Below the pieces are notes generated by a model. It worked only from the letters and a program-made list of their open reading frames with translations, did no database searches and was not told where the DNA came from. DNA of 61,037 nt, filler included. It is 6 parts of 6 records of this genome, joined end to end, with 100 filler letters (N's around TTAATTAATTAA, not from the genome) between each part and the next. Parts side by side here need not be neighbours in the genome. Positions count along the whole stretch, not along the records: positions 40,650 to 51,662 come from SRR31156797_4046; positions 51,763 to 61,037 come from SRR31156797_4053; 4 more parts are not named here. One strand, given 5' to 3'. The position numbers and the translations under genes are program-made. How positions within the stretch are numbered: position 1 is the first letter of the stretch; each line of letters starts with the position of its first letter. Shown in pieces: positions 49,774 through 60,900 of this stretch.

Positions 49774-51062
49774 CTTTGATGATAGAAGATAAAAAGGCAA
49801 AAAACCGCTTGCTTAAAGCCAGGGCTGACATGGTGTTACACCACCCTTTTTTTGCATCCCTTGCCATGCGTTTGAGACTCAAGGAGGACCGGACCTGCAG
49901 AACGGCCTGGACCGACGGGAAAATTTTCGGCTACAATCCGGACTACATTAATATTCTTCCCCGGGAAAAACTTGTGGGCCTGTCCGCCCATACGGTGATG
50001 CATCCTGCCTGCAATCATCACTTGCGCAGAAAAGATAAAGATCCAGAGACCTGGAATAAAGCCTGTGACTATGTGATTAACCCTATTTTGCTGGACGCGG
50101 GGTTAATGCTGCCCGATGGTTTCCTTTGGGATGACGCGTATCTCGGAAAGACGGCTGAGCAGGTTTACATCCGCTTAGTAGAAGGGCAGGGGGACGAAGA
50201 CTCCAATGAAGAGGAAAACAACGATTCTGACCCATCGGCACAAAAATCTGGCCAGGATGAAGAACAAGAAGAAGAGGATCAATACAGTCCAGCCACAGAT
50301 GATTCCGAAAATGGCGTTGAAAAAAAACCGGACCCGAACGATAACACGGATCCAGGGGGGACCGGTGAAGTCAGGGATGGTTCCGCGCCGAAAAACAAGA
50401 CATTTCCAGAACAAAACAATGAGGATACGGACTGGGATCAGGCTTTAATCCAGGCGGCTTCCAATGCCCGGAGTATGGGAGCGCTTCCAAAAGGTGTGGA
50501 CATTTTGGTCAAGGAACGCTTTAGCCCCACGCTTCCCTGGTCATCCCTGCTTTCCCGGTTCATCCAGCAGGCTGCCCGCCATGATTATACCTGGACAAGA
50601 CCCAATCGAAGGTATATTCACCAGGGCCTTTATTTCCCCAGCCTTGTGTCGGATCAACTGCCCCAGCTTGTGCTTGCCGTGGATACCTCAGGCAGCATTC
50701 AGCCTGCTGAACTTGAACGATTTCAGTCCGAGCTTCAGGCCATTTTATCCATGAATCCAAGCCTTATACACCTGGTTTATGCGGACATGGCCGTCACGGG
50801 ATATGAGATGATTTGCGCTGAAGACTTAAACTTGTCCTTTGCACCCAAAGGTGGCGGAGGCACCGATTTCACCGTGGTGTTTGATTTTATCGAGCACCAG
50901 GGTATACATCCGTTCTGTCTTATTTTTTTTACGGACATGGAGTGCCGGCGTTTTCCCGCATTTACGCCGGCATATCCAGTGCTTTGGATAAGGACCGGCC
51001 ATGCCGGAGTTACGCCGCCGTTTGGAGATATAATAGATATGCTGCCCGATGGTGCTTCTTAG
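49770..51062 (+). CDS. DUF2201-type protein: N-terminal metallopeptidase-like domain, acidic linker, C-terminal VWA-like domain
   Basis: PFFASL, TAWTDG, AHTVMH...H.RR, WNKACDYVIN; MIDAS VDTSGS, GGGGTDF, FTD; GTGA overlap with the ATPase. Confidence 0.88.
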   Translation: MTLMIEDKKAKNRLLKARADMVLHHPFFASLAMRLRLKEDRTCRTAWTDGKIFGYNPDYINILPREKLVGLSAHTVMHPACNHHLRRKDKDPETWNKACDYVINPILLDAGLMLPDGFLWDDAYLGKTAEQVYIRLVEGQGDEDSNEEENNDSDPSAQKSGQDEEQEEEDQYSPATDDSENGVEKKPDPNDNTDPGGTGEVRDGSAPKNKTFPEQNNEDTDWDQALIQAASNARSMGALPKGVDILVKERFSPTLPWSSLLSRFIQQAARHDYTWTRPNRRYIHQGLYFPSLVSDQLPQLVLAVDTSGSIQPAELERFQSELQAILSMNPSLIHLVYADMAVTGYEMICAEDLNLSFAPKGGGGTDFTVVFDFIEHQGIHPFCLIFFTDMECRRFPAFTPAYPVLWIRTGHAGVTPPFGDIIDMLPDGAS

Positions 51063-51167
51063 CGGTCGTCACAAACAAATTGATCCGTCGTCGTGTTCTT
51101 CACCTTGATCCTGCGCATGCTCTATATCAAGATGAAGGGTAGGGACAAGAAAATTGGAAATAATAAT

Positions 51168-51629
51168 ATGAAAATCAATTGGCAAATCAAAAAAAAACGA
51201 GGCAATTTCAGGGCCCGGCTTACATATACAATCACCCTTGAATCATTTGAAAAAAAGCTGGCCATCCACGCTGTTCAAGTTGAAAGCCATATTCCTATGA
51301 TCCCAAGTTCACATTTGAGCTATTGTCTGCCGGGTCAACACGAAAGAAGTTTGTCATGGAAGCCGGACAGATATCATGTATTTCAGGTGCCGTATTTCAA
51401 AGACGGTTCTATAGATGGATTCCTTCGCCTGCCGTTTAAAAATTCGGGACAATACCCGGAAGTGGTCTCATCTTTTAAAAAACTTCGGGAAGAATACGAA
51501 CAAAAATTACGCAGCGTTTATGCGCATCCCCCACTGGAACAAACCGGCCGTCTTGACATCAGTGACGATACCCGAAGTCGGATCGCATCAAGGGTGACGG
51601 CCGATCGCCTGTTATCCCTGTTCGGATAG
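51168..51629 (+). CDS. Hypothetical protein
   Basis: 153-aa ORF MKINWQIKKKRGNFR...; co-oriented with the AAA-VWA pair. Confidence 0.65.
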   Translation: MKINWQIKKKRGNFRARLTYTITLESFEKKLAIHAVQVESHIPMIPSSHLSYCLPGQHERSLSWKPDRYHVFQVPYFKDGSIDGFLRLPFKNSGQYPEVVSSFKKLREEYEQKLRSVYAHPPLEQTGRLDISDDTRSRIASRVTADRLLSLFG

Positions 51630-51662
51630 TTTTTATATGAAAGTAACAATAAGTTGCTAAGT

Positions 51663-51762
51663 NNNNNNNNNNNNNNNNNNNNNNNNNNNNNNNNNNNNNN
51701 NNNNNNTTAATTAATTAANNNNNNNNNNNNNNNNNNNNNNNNNNNNNNNNNNNNNNNNNNNN
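51663..51762. other. Artificial contig spacer
   Basis: N-run with TTAATTAATTAA. Confidence 0.99.
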
Positions 51763-51989
51763 ATCTGCTACATGTTAGATGGATGTTAGATGATCTTCTA
51801 GGATTTAACAGTACGAATGCCTACCAAGTAAATTCTTGATGTCATAAATCTGAAACTGAAAGTATTCTGTAATATCAAAAAACTATTCATAAATACTACA
51901 CAATATGCTATAATATGACAATATATAGACATTTATGGAATGAGAAAACAAATATACAGGTAAATAGATAAAGAGTATATTGGTGGATT

Positions 51990-54900
51990 ATGATTAAAGA
52001 GAATAGTAGAGTTGCATTGTGGCGTAAAGGCATAAGCTATATGTTGGTTTGTGCGATGATTTATGTTTTAATTTTTAGCGGACTAAATATTGACGATTTC
52101 CTATTGGGTTTAGGTAAAGTCAAGCATATCGGGATAATTGAGCAAGGAGATGACTATATCATTTATGAGAATAATGATGGAAGTCGTACGCTGGAAACCA
52201 GCGTAGAAGTAACTCCTGAATATAATACATATTTTTCTAAAATATCTCAAATCAAATCACCAGATTCTTCATGTAAATATATAAGTGAAAATGATTCTAT
52301 TGATACTTCTTTTCCAAACACTTTATATGATGTAAATAATGGTATTAGCATTAAATTGCCAAATTATAATATCAAGTATACACCAATAGTTTGCTCTGAG
52401 ACTGAATGCACTCCCGCAGTGCTTACAAAAGCAGTACAAAATGAGACAATTGATGCGCTCTTGTATGAAGATGTATTCGGTGAGAATATTGATGTTGAAT
52501 ATGTTACTTTCATAGAAGGTGTAAAGGAAAACATAATATTAAATGAAAAACCTGATATTTACGAATATAACTATATGTTAGATACTGATGGTGCAAAGGC
52601 AGAAATCATAGACAATCAGATAATACTAACCGATGATACTGGTGCAGAGATTCTGTTTATCAATGCACCATATATGAGTGATGCTGTTGGTGAGTATTCA
52701 ACAGATATTTCATTAGGTTTAGAGGAGACAGATGATGGATATATAATGACAGTCTGTCCAGAAAAAGAGTGGTTATGTTCCGAAGATAGAGTATATCCAA
52801 TAATAGTTGATCCAACATATACAACAAAATATTTCTTATGTTCTGTTTCTAATGCATATTTTTGGCGCGATGGCTATGTTGTAGGGCGTGGAGTCAGCTT
52901 TACTGTAGAGCCAAATTTCGTTGGTGATTTAGCAAATGAATATGTGGATATACAAAGTGCAAGATTTTATGGAAATACTAAAGGTACTTATGATGCTTCT
53001 GAGCATGGACCATTCGGGGTATGGAGTAGATATACAGGCGAAGTTTATCAAGTCTCTAGTGCATCAATACAATTATATGAGGGCAGAAGTTTTAGCTTTA
53101 ATCTGGGTGCTACAGGCTATAGCGAGTGCTATATAGATGAAATATTTAAAGATGGTAAATATGTTGGTAGTACGGATGATATTGGCTTTGATGTAGGTTA
53201 TAATACCGATGGTACATTTAGTGTCAGAATAGATCCAGCTTCAATGAGTGTCAGAGTAACGTATTTTGTTTTAGAAGAAGTACCAGCACCTACAGCAACA
53301 GTACATAGCAATGGTGTAAATTCAGAAAGCGGATATATAGACTTAACATGGAATGCAGTATCTGGAGCAACAAAATACAATATATGCTTCTTTAATGGAG
53401 ATGAATATCAGACAGTAGATACTGTAACCTCAACATCATGGAGCAGTAAAGGTAAGAATATATGGCCAACAGCACAGCAGATAAATGCGGGAAATTATAC
53501 TCTATATTCAGATGGAGGAGGAGGTCCTCTTACTCAATTTGCTAACGACCTGTATAAGAATGTTACCAGCTCTGACGGTGCAGATTATTCAAATGACCCA
53601 AGATACTTTGTAAAAATAGTTCCTCAGGACGATAATGATTTCATAACAAGACCAAGTCTGTGTGATGCAGCAGCAGTATATCTGCCTGATGCGTCAGCAC
53701 CATATGCACCAATTAGCGTAGGAGCAAATCCAGCAGGATATACAAACGCAGGTACAATCGACATCACATGGAGCTCAATACAAGACTACAATGGTACTAA
53801 CTTTGCAGATATGACAAGCGGTACTATCAGATACAGTATTGACTCTGCAAACAACTGGCAAAATGCATCAAATGTCGACTTTGCAAATCATAAATTCACA
53901 CTGGATGTTTCCTCACTTAATAGCGGCAAGCATATAGTATATATACGTGCTAAGGACAGCGCAGGCAATGAAAATCAAAAACTCGTTACACAAAACAATA
54001 ATAGTATCAGCAGTGTATCAATATACATCGATAATAAGGGTCCTGTGATAAATTCTATTAAACTGCCCTCAAGCTGGACAAATGAAAACCCAGTACAAAT
54101 AGACTACAGTGCTAGTGATACAAATGGAATTAGTTATCTGGATTATAATCTGGATAACAGCGGATGGATACGTCTATCTACTACAAAGCTGTCAGATACA
54201 GATTTCCCACTAACCTCACCAACAAGCACAGATATTTTCACAGACGGCGAACATCAAATCAGATTTAGAGCTGTGGATTCTCTGGGGAATGTCGGAAATG
54301 AAACAGAGCAATATAAACTATGGATAGACAGGGCAAAACCTGTGATAGGCAGCTTTAGCAGTGATGCAGAGAACTGGACGAATGTTGCTGAAAGGAATAA
54401 TGAAATTACACTATCATACTCTGGTGTAACAGATATACCAAGTGGTGTAGAAACTTTGGAATATAGTGAAAATAACGTCAACTGGCATAATATCGCTGAT
54501 GTTACGTCCAGCAGCCAGATAATTTCCTCTCTTACAAGTGATTTTATTAATACATTATACTATCTGAGGGCTATAGACTTTGCAGGGAATGTTAGTGATA
54601 TAGCTACAGCAAGAGTCAGAATAGACAATACTAATCCTACAATATCCACATTTACCAGTAATGCAGTAAGCTGGACAAATACAGATGACATGATACTGTC
54701 GTGGACAGGTCTGAACGATACAGGAAGCGGAATAGATAAGCTGGAAATTTCTCAGGATATGTCAGTATGGAATGATGTGGACAAAACCAAAAGTAATTTT
54801 ACACAGGATGTATCTGGTGAAGACTTTGTGAACACTGTATACTATATAAGGGCAACAGACTATGCTGGAAACACAAGTAATATACTGAATACAAATGTTA

Positions 54901-57900
54901 AAATTGACAGAGTTAGTCCTACAATATCTACGTTTACAAGTAATGCTGCAAATTGGACAAACACTGATACAGTAAATTTATATTGGACAGGATTAACCGA
55001 TATTGGAAGCGGTATAAACACTCTGGAGATGTCTTCAGATAATACAATATATGCACCTATAGATAAAACAGCAAATGTACATACTATGGACTTTAGTAGT
55101 TTGGCAGACGGTGAATATACTTACTATATCAAAGCAGCAGACTATGCAGGTAATACAAGCCCAATAAAGAATACAATAGTTAAAATAGACAGAACAGACC
55201 CAGTAACCAGCATTAACAGTCCTGCTGATGGTACTATGGCAAATGGTGTTATTGACATATGGGCGACAGTAGATGATACCAATATACACGAATATAGTAT
55301 GATAATTAAAAGATATGACAGCTCATACAATCTGATAGAAACTATTGATACTATACTAGGTAATACAAATAGAATAAATGAACTGTTCGATTCATTGGAT
55401 ATAGAGTACTGCAACCAAGGAGATATTATAGTTATCAGCCTTACATGCAGTGATTTAGCAGGCAATGCCAGCTCAGATGAAGTCACTATATATGTGGAAA
55501 AAAGTGTTGCAGAAATGAATTCAACTCTGACACTAACAGGTCCAGCAGAAGGCAGCACAATAGACACAGTTACTGAGCAGGTTGAGTATGAAAGAGATTT
55601 AGCTGCATTAGGTAACCTTACATATATCAATTATCTGGTGGATGGTATACTGGTATCCAGAACAGATTATACTGAACAAATAGACTTTGAATCCCTCCTA
55701 TATGATGAAAACACCACTCATAGCTTAGCTCTGGTAGGCGAAAATGACTTAGGTGCTATGGAGCATATAAGTGGTGTAGTTGAGTATTCCAAGCTCCATT
55801 CAGAAAATATTCAGGAAGATACAGAGAGCAGCAGTAATATACAATTTGTTGGCGGCAATGCGCAGATAGCATCAGGAGAAAATAGCGGACATATAGTATT
55901 CGATTCTATAGCATTGAGCAGCAATGACCTGACATACAAAGTAAACCTATCCTCCATCTTATTACAGAATACAAGCATAAAATGCATGATATCTGTTGAT
56001 GGAGGCATGTACACAGAAATAGATTTGGACAAAGAGTATCTCCTGAATGGAACTGAGAAGCAGCTGCAGTTAAAAGTTGTTTTAAACGGAACAACCACTA
56101 ATAACCCATTGCTAGAGGAAGTAAAAATAGATGTAGCATCTGTACAAAATCCATATTATGTTAAGGTGAAACATGTAGAAGATATTACAGGGCTTAAAAT
56201 AGTGTCAAATGAAATAGGACAAATAGCTATCAAGTGGGATAAAAAAACAGATACAGATGTCAGATATGATGTTTACAGAGGAAAAACAAGTGATTTCATA
56301 CCTAATGCTAACTATATGGTTTCCCAGCAGCAATCAGGTAATGAATATATAGACACAGATGTGGTACAGGGCAATACATATTACTATAAGGTGACTGCAA
56401 CTAAAACATATAATGTAACTTCTCCGTACATAGGATTCAGAGAGAGTAAAGCCGCACAGATAACAGCTACAGCATTTGTGGTAAATGACACAGCACTTAC
56501 TATTAATCACCCATCTAATGGTGAAAAGATACAAACGCACCTAAAGGAAATAGAATACAGTAGACAATTAAATGCACAGGGAAGCCTTGAGAAGATAAAT
56601 TATTTCGTTGATGATGCATTTGTATTGTGCACAGATGCAGATAAAGTATTAAACTTTGAATCACTGTTATACAAAGAAAAATCAACTCATTCCATAGTGC
56701 TGGTTGGAGAAAATTCAGCAGGAGGTTTGGAGTATAGTGGACAGATATCTACGACTAAAAACAACCTGACAATAGATAGTTCAGAAAATGTTGATGTATC
56801 CTCCATCCCTAGACTTTTATCAGGTCAAACCCAAGGACAGATTATATACACACCGGTAGCATTAGAAGAGAATGCGCTATCATATACTCTGCAAATGAAG
56901 AGAACAATGGAACTAGGTACTGATATTGAGTGCTATATATCTACAGATGGCGGCAGCACATATGACAAGATTATAATTGGTAAAGGATACATAGTAAAAG
57001 ACAGTGAAGAATTGATAGTTAAGGTGATACTTAAAGGCACAGGAACAAACAGCCCGACTATTGATGATATATATTTAGAAACCGTAAAATCCGATTCAAA
57101 TCACAGCGTATATGTACAACTAGTAGATAATATTACTAATCTTCAGGTAGCCAATAACTCTCTGAATAGAATCGTAATAGAATGGGATAAATCAGAAGAT
57201 ACAGACGTTCGATACAATGTTTACAGAAGTAACTTCAAAGGTTTCCAAGCAAATGATGACAGTATAGTTGCCAAAGAGATAACGAGCTGCTTCTACACAG
57301 ATATGGATGTAGCACAAGGAGAGACTTACTATTATAAGGTTATAGCTGTAAAAACATATAATGTGAATTCTCCATACATTGGGCACAGAGTGAGTGATGA
57401 AGCGGATATTTCAGTGACAGCATACACTAGGCCGTCTGAAGCTGAGGTGGAAGGAACAACATACACTTACAGTGGCGATGACGGAGCAGATACATTTTGG
57501 GGTGACCCAGAGGAAATAGAACAAGCTGAGCAGGTTAATAATATATATGGTTCAAACTGGACAGTAAACAATGCAGCGGAAGCACCAGCAGGCAGCTTTG
57601 AAGTGACTCAGTCACTGCTTAACGGCAGAGCATACTGCTCATATGGTTTTGAACCGATAAACTTTGTATCCGGTAACTTCTATATAAAGAGCCTAGATGC
57701 CACATACCAAAGTGCACCAGAAGTCAACAGCAGTATACTGCGTACATATAATACACAAACCACAGAGAAAAACGGACCATTCGGTAATGGATGGGCTTGG
57801 CATTACAGCACTCACTTGAAGCTCTACAGCGATGGTCATATTGGTATGACTATGGACGACGGTCACTTAGCTATGTTCAGGCTGCAGTCTGACGGTACAT

Positions 57901-60900
57901 ATTTAGATGATGCAGATGAACAAATGTCATTAATACGCAATGAAACTGAGCATATAGTTACAACCCATGAAGGTGAAGTTTATACATTTGACAGCGGAGG
58001 ACAGCTAAAGTCCTATACCGCTGCAAACGGAAACAAGGCAGAAATAATATACCAAGATAATGGACTGATAGACAAAGTAGTTCATGAAGATGGCAGCGAG
58101 ATTAAATTAATCTTAGATGACAAGGGTCATATTACAAATATCTATCTTCCAACAGGCGAAGTATTATCATATGAATATGACGGAAATAACTTAGTTAAAT
58201 TCACAGATGAAGCAGGCCAGACTACCAGTTATGTATATGACAGTAACGGCAGAATGACTGAATGGTATGACAAAAACGGCATCCGTCAGGTATACAATGT
58301 ATACGATGATAGTGACAGAGTAGTAGAGCAGTGGGATGCTAACGGAGGACACTATTACCTAGAGTATGGAGACAATTCTACATTTACCACCGATGCAAAT
58401 GGCAATAAGAATGAGTACTACTATGATGACTTAGGCAGGACTACAAAGATAATAGATTCCAAAGGCGAAAGCCAAATGTTTGAATATAACAATGATAGTC
58501 AGGTAACAAAGTACACAGACCAATTGGGTATGAGTATCAGCTATGATTATGATACTGCTGGCAACCTGATAAGGGAAACCAAGAACGATGGCAGAACCCG
58601 TGAATATCAGTATGATGGTAATAATAATCTAACAGCAGAGAAGGACTACAATGGTAACTGGACTCAGTATCATTATGACAGCAATAACAATATGATACAG
58701 AAAGTATTCCCAGACGGCTCAACATATAAATATGAGTACACCAGCAGCAATCAGCTGAGAAAGATTACTGACCCATTAGGCAATACAGATAGGTACGAGT
58801 ACGACGGCAATAATATGGAAAGCCATACAGATGCCAATGGAAGTACCACTGAATATAAATATGATGAGGAAGATAATCTCATTGAGATAACAGATGCTCT
58901 GGGTAATGTTATCAAGATGGAGTATAACGACAAGGGTAATATTACAAGGACTATAATGCCGGATAATACGTATATGTCATATGAATATGATAATATGGAT
59001 AATATGGTTGTATTCTATGATGCCAAGAATCAGGCAACACAATTTGAGTATAATGCTCTGGGTAAGGTAGTTAAGACCACAAATCCAGATGGAAGTATCA
59101 TTACATATGAATATGACTACAATCAAAACTTGATTAAGACCAATTACCCAGATGGCACATACACCATTAACACATATGACGGCAATAATAATTTAATCAG
59201 TACTGTAGACCAAGACGGCAGAAAGGTCACCATGCAGTACAATGCAGTAAATGATATAACGGGTATTGTATCACCTAATGATGCAACAAGCGAACTCCAT
59301 TACAATACAAACAACGGTCTGCTTTATAAGACTGTGGATAAAGGCGTCGAAACAGAATACCATTATGACAGCAATGAGAATGTGACAAAGCTGATTTACA
59401 CAGACGGAACAACAACAGAATATGAATACGACAGTATGAACCGTGTGGTCAAGGAAACATTGAACAATGGTGCTGCAACCCGATATGTATACAATGCAAT
59501 TGGTCTGGTAGATACAGTAATTGATCCAATGGGTAATGAGACCAAATATGTATATGATAAAATCGGTCAGCTGACTAAGATAATCGATTCCATAGGCAAT
59601 GTTACAAGGTATAAATATGACGCTGTGGGCAATATGATTAGTATGCAGGATGCCAAGGGCAACAGCGTAGAGTATTCATATGATGCTGTAAGTCAATTGC
59701 AGAGTATTATCACTCCGCTAGGCTCTATGGAAAGCTATAATTATGACCCTAACGGACAGATAGAGAATATTATTAATGCACTGGGAGCATCTGCCAGCAA
59801 TACTTATGACGAGATGGGCAGAGTTACTGAGAGCACTGACCTGCTGGGCAATACCACTACCTATGAGTATGATATTGCAGGTAATATGGTTAAGGAAACT
59901 AACTCAGCCAACAACTCATTTACTTATGAGTATGATAACAACGGTAACGTAATAAAGATTACTGACCCGCTAGGCTCAAATGCAACATACGAATACGATG
60001 TAATGAACAACATCACAGAGGTAAATGGTGAGGAAGGCTATAAAGAAGAATATACATATGATGAGTATAACCGTCTGATAAAAACTCTGGACAGCGAAGG
60101 CTATGAGAAGCATTACGAATATGATGAGATGGGCAAACTCATAAAGGAATATGACAATACAGATAAATCTGTCACATATGACTATAATAGTGTAGGGCAG
60201 GTAAACGGCATTACCAATGGAGAGAATGAGACTACCAAGATATATTATGACCTAAACGGCAATACAACACAGGTGCTGTATGCAGACGGCACAAACGAGT
60301 ACTTCCATTACGATGAGCTGAACCGATTAATCCGTCAGTATGACAGAGTGGGACTGGAGACATTGTATGAGTATGACAGCGTTGGTAATGTAACAAGGAT
60401 TAAACAGCCGGGCAATAAAATCTCAACATATGAGTACGACAAGGATAATAACTTAGTTAAGGAAGTCAATGCAGAGGGCGGTGTGACCCGATACGAGTAT
60501 GACAAGGCATACAATGTAGTATCTGTCACTGACCCAATGGGCAATACCACCACTATGGAATACAATGCTGCCAGCATGCTGACAAAGGTCATTGACCCAA
60601 TGGAGAATATCTCTGTTGCTGTGGAATACAATATTCTTGGTGAAGTAGTATCCGAGACAGACGCATTAGGAAACGTAACCAGCTATTCATATGACGCTGT
60701 ATCCAGACTGACCGGTGTAACAGATGCATTGGGCAGAACTACAGAGTACACATATGACAGAGCGGATAATATAATTGCAGTCCTTGACGGCAATGGAAAC
60801 ACCACTCAATATGAATACAATACCACAGGGCTATTGACCAAGGAAGTGGATGCTCTGGGTAATGAAGAAAAGTATGAGTATCTGGTGGATGGATTAATTA

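Noticed and set aside
52936-60631. Short ORFs listed by the track across contig 6
   Set aside because: They are off-frame or antisense shadows of the single long Rhs reading frame.
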